From NCBI GenBank assembly GCA_040954595.2, contig CM082577.2:18884303-18948302 (forward strand): a stretch of DNA of 64,000 nt. The letters run 5' to 3'. How positions within the stretch are numbered: the first letter of the stretch is position 1; every line of letters begins with the position of its first letter. Position numbers and translations under genes: made by a program. The notes beneath the pieces were generated by a model. That model saw nothing but the letters and a program-made list of their open reading frames with translations, was not told where the DNA came from and searched no databases. The stretch comes from Balanoglossus misakiensis (lineage: Eukaryota > Animalia > Hemichordata). Positions 1 through 12,430 of the stretch are shown one piece after another.

Positions 1-60
1 AAAGAAATCTGGTACAAAGTAAAACCAGAAACAAGGTCTCGTGACATTAAGTTACAGGCT

Positions 61-534
61 GTGCAAAAGTGCATGATCAAAGCCATGATACCAGTATTGC
101 AAATAACTGATGGTTTACTTCACGCCAAGAAATCAGTTACAAAGGTCGATGTTTCCAAAACTGTGAAGCAGCTCACAGATTCCCTTGCCTTCTTGGGTCA
201 AGGATGTTGGGAGATAAACCAAAGACGTAGAGCCATGATAAGGCCTGACCTTAATCGCCAATATCAGCAACTCTGCTCCAAACAAGTACCACTGACAACA
301 TTCCTCTTCGGAGATGATCTTGCAAAGCAAGTGAATGACATCAAAACCACCAACCGGGTTAGCTCCAAGTTGTCAGGCAACCACAAATATAAAACTGTAC
401 AAGGCTATGGTCGTGGTGGCGGTTTCCGGGGCAACTACCAAAATGCAAGAGGAAAAAACTCTTACCCCTTCCGCAGAAAGCAGCAGCATCACAATGCTCC
501 CTTGTGGAAGAAAGGGACAGAGGGCCAAAAGTAG
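61..534 (+). pseudogene. DIRS ORF1 (gag-like), C-terminal part
   Basis: RRRAMIRPDLN...LFGDDL motif typical of DIRS ORF1, basic Gly/Arg tail, overlaps the start of the RT ORF. Confidence 0.75.
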
Positions 535-2577
535 TGGACATGCCCCAGGTTAGTGATGAAGGTGAGCACAAATACACAAAAAACGTGCCAGTCAAGCCAT
601 TTGAGGCAGGTGCACTGAGACATTATGTAAATAAATGGAAAGAAATTACGTCGGATGAAGGAATTTTGACCATGGTACAAGGTTGCGAAATTGAATTTGT
701 GAAATCACCATGGCAAACCACAGTACGAACAATACAATTCAATGCCAAAGAGCAAGAAATTATTGACACTGAAATCAAAAAATTGCACATGAAAGGTGTG
801 ATTATCGAATCAGAGCACTGTAAAGGAGAATTTGTTTCCCCAATTTTTATCAGACCAAACAAAAATGGGGATTACCGATTGATACTGAATTTGAAGTACT
901 TGAACAAGTTTATAGCTTACCACCATTTTAAAATGGAGTCTCTATTGTCAGTTATAATGCTCATCAAAAAAATTGTTACATGGCCTCAATAGATTTACAA
1001 GATGCCTATTACTCAGTACCCATTGCAGTGCATCATCAGAAGTATTTAAAGTTTGTGTGGAAGGGCCAGCTGTATCAGTATACATGTCTTCCAAATGGCT
1101 TGGCTTGTGCACCGAGATTATTTACTAAGTTACTCAAGCCGGTGTATGCTCACTATAGAAATATGGGACATATATCAGCTCCATATATTGATGACTCATA
1201 TTTGCAAGGGGACTCATTTAGAGAATGTCACCTTAATGTCCAAAATACTTTCCAAACTCTATCAGAGTTGGGTTTTACCCCCAATAGGGAAAAATCTGTT
1301 ATGGAACCTACACGCCTATTGGTATTTTTAGGGTTCTTATTAGACTCCAAACAGATGATAGTTTCACTCACAACAGAGAAAACTAAAAAATTAATTGCGA
1401 GTTGTCAACAGCTGCTACAAAATAAAAACCCTACCATCAGAGAGGTAGCACAAGTGATTGGGGTGATAGTATCATCATTTCCTGGAATTCAATTTGGACC
1501 CCTTCACTATCGCAAACTGGAAGTTGACAAGTCTATAGCGTTAAGAAATGCTAAAGGCAATTTTGATGCATTCATGACATTGTCACATGGAGCAAAAGCA
1601 GACCTGCAATGGTGGATCACTAATGCCAGCCAAAGTTTTAAACCAATATCACATGGTAAACCTGAAGTGTTGGTACGATCAGATGCTTCGAAAAAAGGGT
1701 AGGGAGGTGTAAAGGATACATTAACCTGTGGAGGACAATGGTCCCCGGAGGAATCACAACAGCATATTAATGAGCTGGAGTTAAAAGCAGCACTTTTCAC
1801 CCTTAAATCATTATGTGGAGGATATACTGGCATGCATGTGAGAATAGAAATTGACGGTCATATGAATGTAACAGGTTAGCAACAGACATTTGGAACTGGT
1901 GTATCCAAAACAAAATTTGGATATCTGCTGCCCACCTGCCTGGGGCAAAAAATGTTGAGGCGGATCAGTGCTCTCGTGAGTTTCGCCATGAAACAGAATG
2001 GATGTTAAATAAAGAAATATTTGACTGCATAATTGAGAAATTTGGACAGCCTTCTGTAGGTTTATTCGCATCAAGATTGAATCACCAAATGAAACCGTAT
2101 ATTTCATGGAGACCAGATCCTGAAGCACAGGCGGTCGATGCTTTCTCATTAACATGGTCATCTTATGCTCTCTTTTATGCCTTTCCTCCATTTAGTGTAA
2201 TTGGCAGAGTATAACAGAAGGTGGAAATGGAGATGGCAGAGGGCATTCTCATAATTCCATATTGGCCAACACAGAGCTGGTTTTCCAAGGCAATGCGACT
2301 GCTGACTGCACTGCCATTGATACTTCCGAGAAGTCCAACATTGTTGATAAACCAAGCAGTAAAGGACCAGAGGACCCATCCTCTCTTTCCAAGGCTAATC
2401 TTACTGGCATGTTGCTTGTCAGGACAAAGCTGGAAAGTCAAAACATTCTTCCAACAACTGCAGACATCATCATGTCTTCGTGGAGAGACTCTACTAAAAG
2501 ACAATATGAGCCATATTTACACAGATGGACTGTTTTCTGTAGCCAGAGGAAAATTGATCCAATTCATACAACTGTAG
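504..2577 (+). pseudogene. DIRS ORF2: reverse transcriptase, RNase H and methyltransferase-like domain, disrupted
   Basis: YRLILNLKYLN, SIDLQDAY, CLPNGL, YIDD, SDAS, HLPG..NVEAD, LFASRLN, YAFPPF. Frameshift near 970-990, stop at 1700-1702, deletion near 1856, stop at 2212-2214. Confidence 0.9.
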
Positions 2578-3660
2578 ATCATGCATTAGAGTTCTTGACT
2601 GAACTTTACCATACAGGCTTAAAATACAGTGCCATAAACACTGCCAGATCAGCATTATCAAATGTAATTCAGCTGCCAACAAATACCACTTTTGGTTCAC
2701 ACCAGTTAGTGGTGAGGTTTATGAAAGGAGTATTTCAAACTCGGCCTGCTTTGCCGAGATATGTTGAAGTTTGGGATGTGGATAAACTTTTGTGTTGCTT
2801 GAGGGAAATGTCCCCCATGAGATCACTGTGTTTAAAAGATCTCACCTTAAAATTAGTTGCATTGCTTGCTATTTTGTCAGGTCAGAGGTTACAGACCCTT
2901 CACTTGTTAAATATAAAGAAGATGATTGTTGGGCCATCTTCATACAAATTTCTTTTTGATAGTTTGTTAAAAACCACTAGACTTGGAGTTCATACATCAG
3001 AGTTAGAATTCACTGCTTTCCCACCAGATAGGCGGTTATGTGTTGTATCACTTATTATATTACACCAGTATATTGATGGTGTAAATCACGCTATTTGATT
3101 GGTCGAGACACGACACGTGACCGTGATATATTAGCCATATACCACAGTCATATATCATAGTCAAAGAAAATGCCTTTTAAAAATGTTTTATGCAAAGTTT
3201 CAATATACTGGCATAATATAATAGCAATAAAACACCCCCAGCCATGGTATACCACTCGATTTTGACCAGTTCAACTCCATATACGCACTCGCTATCGCTC
3301 GTGCGTATATGTCGTGAACTGGTCAAAATCTCGTGGTATACCATGGCTGGGGGTGTTTTATTGCTTAATTAGTGAATATTTACTTCAAACAAAATCTTTG
3401 AGAAAACATGAAACTCAGTTGTTCATCAGCTTTGTAAAACCGTACAAAGCAGTTTCCAAGGATACGTTGTCTCGATGGATAAAATTAATGCTAACAAGAG
3501 CAGGTATTGATATTGCAAGATTTTCTGCTCACAGTACTAGAGCTGCTGCCTCGTCGGCAGCAAATTGCAGAGGAGTTCCTCTATAATGAATAGAGCAGGC
3601 TGGAGTAATGCATCTACATTTGCTAAGTACTATAACAAACCAATTAACAATCAAAGTTCG
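2262..3660 (+). pseudogene. DIRS ORF3 tyrosine recombinase, split by a 314-bp insertion and with a stop at 3584-3586
   Basis: YSAINTARSALS, SGQRLQTL, then after the insertion SEYL...LFISFVKPYKAVSKDTLSRWIK...AHSTRAAASS and GWSNASTFAKYYNK. Removing 3057-3370 rejoins the two halves in frame (LCVVSLI|SEYL). Confidence 0.9.
3057..3370. mobile_element. Short non-autonomous element with a long terminal hairpin (Crypton-like architecture)
   Basis: Interrupts the recombinase frame. ATTA lies at both junctions (3054-3057, 3368-3371). Near-perfect inverted repeat 3223-3365 with central CTCGCTATCGCTCG. The family name is inference. Confidence 0.7.
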
Positions 3661-3871
3661 TTCTCTGAAAGGATTACTTGCGTCATTTGCAGATAGCAAC
3701 AAATGAACATGTTAAGCATTTAGTGAAACAGTGTTACTGATATTCATATTGCATAAGTTCAATACAGAGTTCATCTTAAAAAAGAGTTGTTTCTGAGTAT
3801 TGTTTTTCTACATTTCGTGAACACAGCTTTCAAATCTCACGGGATCCCTGACTGACGTCATCGTGAGGTAG

Positions 3872-4144
3872 AATTCCCAAGTTAAATGAGACTTACCTGT
3901 AAGTTGAAATTTGAATGGAATTCTACTGAACGATGAAAGTCAGGAAGGGATTACGTGCCCACCCAGTTTGGGTACAACCCACCCATAGTCATCAGGGATA
4001 TATATTGTGTTCACTCAATTTGCGTTCAAGACTGAATCATGGGAGATTTGTGCAATCTCACGTAATCCCTTCCTGACTTTCATCGTTCAGTAGAATTTCA
4101 TTCAAATTTCAACTTACAGGTAAGTCTCATTTAACTTGGGAATT
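3872..4144. repeat. DIRS internal complementary region plus right terminal repeat
   Basis: 3872-3957 is the near-perfect reverse complement of 4059-4144. 3836-3876 is a diverged direct copy of the sequence from 4056 onward. Confidence 0.85.
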
Positions 4145-5169
4145 AATTACTGCTACACAGGTTAGGAACACTGAGAAGGCGGCCTTAAATTATTCATTTA
4201 CATTTGAGGATTTTTTGCCCATTTGTTATGATGTAACTTTCAATATTTCTTGTTGTAGTATGAACTTTTCAATGTCAAAAAGTGATCAGACAACACCTGT
4301 AGCTAAAAATCTATTTGGTATTGATACATTTCGGATATATCTAAATTGTACCAATTTTAGTCTAGGCAGGGCAACATAATAAACGGTAGGCAGGCTCCTA
4401 TTTATAATGAACGACGTGGACCGACGAGACAAATGCCAGCTGACAGTACACCATTAGATTATTTTCGGACATAAAGTCATCGTCATCGTCGTGTCGTGTC
4501 ACAATCATTATTTTGGACATATGGTTACTGTGTGATGAAAGATGAGAGCGCAGTCAAAAGGTCGGGCTGAATAATACAGAGACTCTGAAAATATTGTACC
4601 TTATTCTTATCAAACACGTTGATGGATATTTTGACAATTGTGACATGTGAACATTTACAAAAAAATGAAATAAATTTGCTTCAAACTCATTGGCAAAGCA
4701 AGGACATGGAGTTGTTGTATATTTGTTATTATTGAGATATATAGGTGAGAAATATATTGGAAAATGTCTTCATTACAAAAATATGTCGTGAAATTATTGA
4801 CTAGCAAGAACCATGTGTATATGTATGGCCAAGGGGAAATTTTTAACTTCTAGTTCTGAACATTAACGTTATTGCGCAGGCTACTGTAACCACATTCAAA
4901 TAATACATACAATTTTCTGTTGCACCAGTGCTTTGACCTTACAGTAATTAATTACTACTACACAGGTCAGGAACACTGAGAAGGCGGCCTTAAATTATGC
5001 ATTTACATTTGAGGATTTTTTGCCCATTTGTTATGATGTAACTTTCAATATTTCTTGTTGTAGTATGAAATTTTCAATGTCAAAAAGTGATCAGACAACA
5101 CCTGTAGCTAAAAATCTATTTGGTATTGGTACATTTCGGATATATCTAAATTGTACCAATTTTAGTCTA

Positions 5170-5513
5170 GAAATATGTATACCTTAGGTAGCTTTTGTTT
5201 TCAAACAAATGGTTCATTAGGTATACCTAAATTATGGTTCATTTGGTATACCTATTTATGGCAAAACGACCAAATCCAAGATTTTTTTTCCAACCGAATG
5301 AGGCATTTCAGGAATACCTAAATAGTACCTTTTCAATCGAAAAAGTATACTTTTGGTATACCAATTAGTAAATTTAAAGACCAAATCTGGACTACCTAAG
5401 GTAGCCCATTTTTAAAGCAATAGGTACATTTTAAGTATACCTAAATAGTACCTATTTAGTCCGGGAAAGTATACCTTAGGTATATTTCTAGTGTACCATA
5501 ATTTCGTAAGGGT
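5170..5513. repeat. Cluster of short GTATAC/ACCTAAGGT palindromes, probable MITE remnant (present in most monomers)
   Basis: AGGTATACCT, AAAAGTATACTTTT, TTGGTATACCAA, CTAAATAG-tac-CTATTTAG, CTACCTAAGGTAG. Ends in AATTTCGTAAGGG. Confidence 0.55.
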
Positions 5514-5810
5514 GTTCCTGCACACCACCCTATTGCTGCACAGTTCCTGCACAGGCCACCCTATTGCTGCACAGTTCCTGCACACAGGCCATCTTACTAC
5601 TGCACAGTTCTTGCAGACTGTCCTATTCCTGCACAGTTACCGCTTGCCTTGTTCCTGCACTAGTGCAGCAACACCTCATTTGCATGCGAAAAAGTCGCCT
5701 TGCAGCAGAGCTGCAGCAACTTTCTATTGCACCGGTGCTGCAACCTTGTGGTATTGCTACTGCACCAGTGCAGCAACACTGTGCAGGAGGCCTTAAATTT
5801 TCATGAGGGC
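5514..5810. repeat. TGCA-rich block with a 31-bp subrepeat (in each monomer)
   Basis: CCACCCTATTGCTGCACAGTTCCTGCACAGG occurs twice (three times at 19733-19825). Many CTGCAC/GTGCAG motifs. Ends in AATTTTCAT(A/G)AGGG. Confidence 0.65.
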
Positions 5811-6020
5811 TATAGGTATGCACATAATTAATGATGTTTGAATATGATACTAGAAATGTACAGTACACTGATACACTGATCAGCTGACCTTTTGTTTACG
5901 CATACGCCATTGCTCCGTTCTCGATCTGTCTCCGAGTCTGAATTTTTCGCAACTATAGATTTTAAAGATTTTTGAAGTCTGCAAATTCACTGGCATTGAC
6001 AAAACTATAACATAATAAGT

Positions 6021-6117
6021 ATAATGTACGCCCCATAATGTACTCGGCATTCGCCTCGCACATTATGTTGCACAATGTGTGCTTTCGTCCATTATGGGTC
6101 TTCGGGGCGTACATTAT
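6021..6117. repeat. Hairpin remnant of an old intronic element (in each monomer)
   Basis: ATAATGTACGCCCC (6021-6034) pairs with GGGGCGTACATTAT (6104-6117). Internal CTCGGCATTCGCCTCG resembles the centre of the 3223-3365 hairpin. Confidence 0.55.
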
Positions 6118-6141
6118 TCTCTAACCAATGATCATTGCTCA

Positions 6142-6620
<479 letters not shown>

Positions 6621-6799
6621 CTGTTGAGGGTAAAGTAGAGAACACAAGTGATTTGGCTTACAGACTGACCAACACAGACGTGGACAAGGGTGTTATGTCC
6701 ATGAAAATCTACCTAAATATGTACATTCGCAATGGCAGAATTCATGAATGTTCCTGCAAACATCCTCAAAGAGCTACCCTGACTACCCAGTGACATTAA

Positions 6800-7308
6800 C
6801 CCTTTGAACCTCGCTCGGAGGTTTACCGCCGCAGGATGACCTTTTGACCCCTAATTTTTCAATATGCTGACGTCAAGGCATTTTCCCGCCGACATTGTAA
6901 ATCCAGCCATATGAAAGCAAGTTAGAAAGCTAGGGGACCCTAATGTGACCTTCCAAATGACTTGAAATCGATTCCTATGTGAGCGACTACATAAAAAATA
7001 GTGATATCCAAGCAGCGATTTTTAGCGAAAGTTGACAGAGATTTAAAAATGGCGACCCGACGACAGTTACGCATTGATCCATTGCAAGACGAGGATGCTT
7101 TCTGGGCTCATTTTGACCGAGTACCAGTAGATAGTAGCTCAGAAAGTGAAGATGAAGAACAAGACCAGCCTGACATCGTTATGGACCAATATGGTGACCC
7201 CAACCGCGCGAACGATGAAGAAGAATTTGAGCCAGAGCCCGCGATCCAGCCACCCCCACCAGTTCGGCAACGAGTGAGAAGACTGCCCCGTGCCTGCGAA
7301 GTAAACCC
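6800..7308 (+). mobile_element. piggyBac-like left end with start of transposase ORF, truncated by deletion into a Gypsy LTR
   Basis: TTAA (6796-6799) followed by CCCTTT. ATG at 7049 opens an acidic N-terminus. Confidence 0.7.
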
Positions 7309-7799
7309 ATTACCCAATCAGCACGAATGTGAAGTTAACGTGATATAGTCCGGCCAATCACAGTTCCAGCCTACTTCCTGATGGGCTCAAGCAGCGGTAA
7401 CTTTGCAAGGTTTTCCATGACATTCCCCCCCCCACTAGACTTGGTTACTCTCCGAGACCCAGTCATAGCAATCTAAACTACAATAACAAATGGAACACAG
7501 AAATCAATAATTCAAATACTAAGTCAAAAGAGCACATCACTGTTTCTGTTTTAAAGTCTTTGACTCTTAGTGTTCGAAGGTGCAGTTCAATCTACCTTCT
7601 GTCTCAGTAAAATAAGTGTCCTTGTCAAATGGCACACGTATCCTGGTACCCATTTTGTTTTCTTCATCGTCAACAGGTGCTTGAAGTTTTTGTCCTCAAC
7701 AGGCGCCTGTGAATCCGTAGAAAAGCGTTGGCTTCCGGCTTCTTTTAGGGTATCTCTTAGGTGTATCTTCGTCTCTGATCATTTCCGGTTCAACCCCCG

Positions 7800-10700
7800 T
7801 ATGATATATCGCCTGGATGGTTCAGATCAAACTGATGTGACTCGGATTTAACTCAACAGTCAACAAGTGTGCATTTATTGTATGGATTCCATGAAGCTAA
7901 AGAGAATAACAATATCCCATAATATTCGGATAATACATGTAATTCAATTAACCATAGAGGGCAGTGTACATCAGAACACGACATCCCTTTTTTTCTCCTA
8001 TGTGAAATGTAGTGTCCAAATGTAAGTTCAAACTGTATGAGTGTTTCAATCAGTTCTCAAGTTTTCAACTTCTCAGTTCACAATGTCAACAGTTTGTATA
8101 TTGTTCTCAAATCATGAATGAAAGAACACAGTAACATTTTAACCATCAAATGAACAAGTGCAACAATTTAGCATTTGAAAATAATGGTACTTTACTTTAC
8201 AGGCTGGGGTGGACTACCCAATAAATGCCTGTGTCAAGATAGGGGATTATTCTGCCCCTTTTTACTAGTGTCACTCCATGATAAAATCATCAAATTTTGT
8301 AGGCAACTTCTTTGCGCGAGTTGGTCTACATGGGGTTTGTGACAAGCTAGGTTTATCAGAATCATGACATTGTGTTTCACATTGTGTTTCAACAGGTTGC
8401 TCAATTGCAGTTTCTGTTTCAGGGCTCACAAACAATTTTACATGAGATGTGTTTCGCTTGTAATCAACACCTTCAGGCGATTGGATGGTCACCTGGTTAC
8501 CATCTCTATGCACAATAGTATGTGGGGTTTCATTAAAGTTAGTAGTCAGTTTGTTCTTCTTTTCCTGTCGAATCAGGACTTCATCTCCGACCTTGATTTC
8601 AGAGGGTCTTGCTCCACGTCCCAAATCTGCATGCAGTTTGGATTTGGATTTCTGCTCTGCATCACGGTCTCGAATTTCGGTGTCCTCATGATGATGTGCT
8701 CGCATATCTGGTAGTTTACCACGTAGTTTGCGTCCAAATAGTAATTCTCCCGGACTGCGACCAGTCGTTGGGTGAGCAAGTGCTCTGTATGATGCAAGAT
8801 ATTTCCGGATTTCTTTCCGCCAGTCTTGCTTCTCTGCTTGGGCAATTTGGAGACGTTTCAACTGGGAGCAGTTTTGGCGTTCCACCTCTCCGTTGGCCTG
8901 TGCCCACTTCGGAGTAACTTTGACAGCTTCGATGCCGTTCAGCTCACAAAAGCGCATGTAGTCTTCTGATTTAAACTGGGGTCCATTGTCAGATCGAATT
9001 GTCATCGGAATACCGTGTCGGCTAAAGTGTTCCTCCAAACAGTCAATGACTTTGTCCACGGTTGTAGACATCAGGACGTCCACCTCGTAGTAGTCGACTA
9101 GCACCAATAGCGAATGACCGGAGGGAAGTGGTCCCAACAAATCAACAGCTAGGTCTTGCCATGGACCATCTGGTAGTTGGGTTGACTTGACAGGTTCAGC
9201 TGGGTCGGGCCTCGCAACAAGTTGACACCCATGACATGACCGAACAAAACGTTCTGCAGCTCTGTCACAGCCTGGCCACCAGACCTTCGTACGCAGGTTT
9301 TGCTTCGTTCCAACGACACCTAGATGTCCCTCGTGTGCTAGTGCTAGGGCTTGTCAACTTTGTAGGTAGTACGATACGAGTTCCTCGCAGTATCAGTTGA
9401 CCGATCATACACAATTCACCAGCCACATGTTGATACTGTTTACAGCTCTCAAAATGACCTGAGTTGATTGCCTTTCTCAATTCTGCAAATTCTGGGTCGA
9501 AAGCTGAAGCTTCTTCAACTTACGTGTTGTCAATGCTTGTGGGGTCGCTCGTACTGCTACGAACTTCACGTAGTCATCGGCACCATGTTCATGGCGTTCC
9601 ATTTTACCACCAGGTTTCAGAAGTCGTGAAAGTGGATCTGCCACCATGTGTTTACCAGGCATATGTATCACATTGAAATTGTATGGTTGCATGCGTAGAA
9701 CCCACCTCTCAATTCTGGCACTGGGGCGTGAACGTCGTCCGTATATGACCTCGAGTGGTTTGTGATCAGTAACAAGATCAAACTTTGTAGCGTAGATATA
9801 TGCATGAAATTTCTCGCAACTCCACACCAGAGCTAGTGCTTCTTTTTCTGTTTGAGAATATCGTCTCTCCACATCTGTGAGTGACCTGCTGGCGTAGCTT
9901 ACTGGTCTCAGGTTACCATCGGGTTGTTCTTGTGCAAGCACGGCTCCTAAGCCAACTGGGCTTGCATCGGCAAGGACTACGGTGCGTGCCGTCTTGCTGA
10001 AGTATGCCAACATAGTGACATCTGCCATCTGTCGCTTCAACTCGTTGAACGCGTCGCGCTGTCGCTTCCCAAATTCAAATTTCACTCCTTCGCGTCTAAG
10101 CTCAGATAGTGGTTCTCAGATCGTCGAACAATGAGGAATGAATCTGCAGCTGAAATTGACCAATCCCAGAAAGCTGCGCACCTCGGCGGCATTCTGTGGT
10201 TCTCTGGCCTCAAGGATTGCTTTTACGCGTGACTCAGTCGGACCAACTCCCTTTTCAGAAAGTAGCATTCCCATGAACTCCAATTCGCTCATAGAGAAAG
10301 CACATTTCTCACATTTCTCACCGTCCACACTGTTGAAGTCTGGCCATGACTTGATGTAGCTGTGCGTCATGCTCCTCTTGAGTACTGGCATGTACAACTA
10401 TGTCATCAGAGATGTTGTCTACTCCTGGTATGCCTGCTAATGCTGAGGAGATTTCGTGTTGGTATAGCTCGCTGGCTGAGCTCACTCCAAACAACAGTCT
10501 CTTGTATCTATATAGACCGCAGTGTGTTACAAATGTGCAAATGTCTCTCGACTCATGGTCCAGCTCAAGCTGATGATAGCCCCACTTCAGATCCAGCTTG
10601 CTGAATACAGTTGAGCTGTTCATTGTCTGAAGTATTTCATCCACTGTGGGAATGGGGTACCTGCCTCTAATGATAGCCTCATTAGCCTGTCTCATATCGA

Positions 10701-12430
10701 GACACAATCGAATGTCTCCATTGGCTTTTGGAACAACAACCACCGGGTTGACCCATCTGCTAGGACCTGTAGCTGGCTCAATGATGTCATTGTCCAACAG
10801 CTCCTGTATTTTCTGTTCGACCTTTTTTCTTAGATTAAAGGGTGTGCGTCTCAGGGGTTGCGCCACTGGTTTCACCTGATCATCAACATGTATTGTAGCT
10901 TGCTTTGTGTTCAGTTTACCAACTCCCTTGAATACATCAGGGTATTTGCGAATCAGCTCACATTTCTAGTTGGTGATGGAACTCACAAGATCTACTCCCA
11001 CCTTCAGCGCTCCAACTTCAGTCGCTGTGGTTTTTCCAAGCAGGGGTATACCGTTCCCTTTCACAACAACAAAGGATGCATTTGTCTTCCCTTTCCCCAC
11101 TGTAACGTCGCAGGAAAATCCACCAAGAACTGCCAGGGGTTTGTCGGATGCATATGGAAACAGCTTGGTGTTTTGCTTGTAAGACACACATCGGATTTTC
11201 TTTGCTTTCAATGTTTTCCATGTATTTTCATCAATGATGTTGGTTGTAGCACCAGAATCCACCAGCATGTTCAATTTGACACCACCAATGACATTGACAG
11301 CTGGGATCATCCCATTGGCAACTTGACTTTTAATGTGGAATGCATAATCAGAGTTATCACTGCTGGGGGTCTGTTCAGGGTTAACACAGTGTACCTTCTT
11401 CTGCTTTGTTTTACATACTGATGCAAAATGATCGGAACCGTCACATTTCAAACATTTCTTTCCTCTCGCCGGACAGTTTGGGTCTCTGCCGAAATGTCCT
11501 GTCTTACCACATCGGTAGCATGCTTTATCAGTGTTACCATGGTTACTGCGTTTACTGTTCTTTGTATTTTGTCTTGGCTTACCGGCACGTCGCTCAACAC
11601 GATTGACAGTTACGGCTGTTTCAGGCTTGTTTGGTGACAGGGTTGTCATCTGGCTTTCAACCTCTTCACATTGCCTCGCCACAGTCAATGCTTTAGCAAG
11701 TGTCAGTGATGCACCTTCCTCCAACAATTTTCGGCGGATGTAGTCAGAGTTACATTTTGCAATGACCTCATCACGGATCTGGTTATCCATTTCAGCACCA
11801 AAATCACAGTCTTTCGCTGCTCGACGTAATCTAGTTACAAATTGCTGAGTTGTTTCTCCCTTTTCTTGTGTGAGGGATCGGAAACTTCGCCTCGCATATG
11901 CTGAGTTGACAACTGGCACGAAATGAGAGTTAAGTGCTTCGACAGCCATCTTGTATTGAGTTGGCGTACCTGTATTGTCTAGAGTACTGAAAATGTCCTG
12001 TACATCGGGTCCAGCCAAGTGTAGTAACTGTGCTCGCCTCTGTCTGGCAATAATAGGCTTATCGTCGTCCAAAATCAAACCTTTGGCGTCTGCAAAAAGT
12101 TCAAACGATGCCAACCATCTTTTCCATCGCTGACCTACCGTCGCTGCATCTCCTGCACAATCAAATGTCGAGATGACGTTTTTCCGTGGGTCGCTCATGA
12201 TGAAAAGCTTATATCATAGACTTCAGATGTCGATCCTCGTCGCCACTATGATATATCGCCTGGATGGTTCAGATCAAACTGATGTGACTCGGATTTAACT
12301 CAACAGTCAACAAGTGTGCATTTATTGTATGGCTTCCATGAAGCTAAAGAGAATAACAATATCCCATAATATTCGGATAATACATGTAATTCAATTAACC
12401 ATAGAGGGCAGTGTACATCAGAACACGACA
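7800..12430 (-). mobile_element. Gypsy element B (Mag/SURL-like), full length, coding region disrupted
   Basis: 184-bp LTRs at 7800-7983 and 12247-12430 with one visible mismatch. 5-bp TSD CCCCG (7795-7799, 12431-12435). PBS TGGCGACGAGGAT (tRNA-Ser type). Purine tract next to 7984. Confidence 0.95.
8271..12198 (-). pseudogene. Gypsy B gag-pol: two CCHC knuckles, protease, RT, RNase H, integrase
   Basis: CYRCGKTGH...CLKCDGSDHFASVC, VDSGA, ISDDI, ADASPVGLGAVL, SDNGPQF, NGEVER. Stops at 10966 and 10116, frameshifts near 10320, 9520 and 9355. Confidence 0.93.

Larger units (their letters stand above)
1..4144 (+). mobile_element. DIRS1-type tyrosine-recombinase retrotransposon, decayed, 5' end outside the window
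   Basis: Order is gag-like ORF, RT (YIDD), RNase H, dam-like methylase (YAFPPF), overlapping tyrosine recombinase (HSTR), then a terminal inverted-repeat/ICR structure at 3836-4144. Confidence 0.93.

Noticed and set aside
2002-2300. Stand-alone DNA adenine methylase suggesting a restriction-modification system
   Set aside because: It is the known methyltransferase-like domain of DIRS1 ORF2 and contains a stop.
5491-5868. Cys/His-rich ORFs on both strands resembling metallothionein or keratin-associated proteins
   Set aside because: They arise from stop-poor TGCA-rich subrepeats open in several frames, with variable ends and no consistent start.
6660-6712. Possible third SMG1 exon (AG...GT bounded, VDFHGHNTLVHVCVGQS)
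   Set aside because: No resemblance in any frame to the recalled upstream SMG1 sequence; treated as intron.
8271-12198. Apparent paradox of near-identical LTRs but several disabling mutations in Gypsy B
   Set aside because: One mismatch in 184 bp is statistically compatible with a handful of lesions over about 4 kb.
12232-12246. tRNA genes at the tRNA-like matches here and at 14574-14593
   Set aside because: These are only short primer-binding-site complements, with no cloverleaf.
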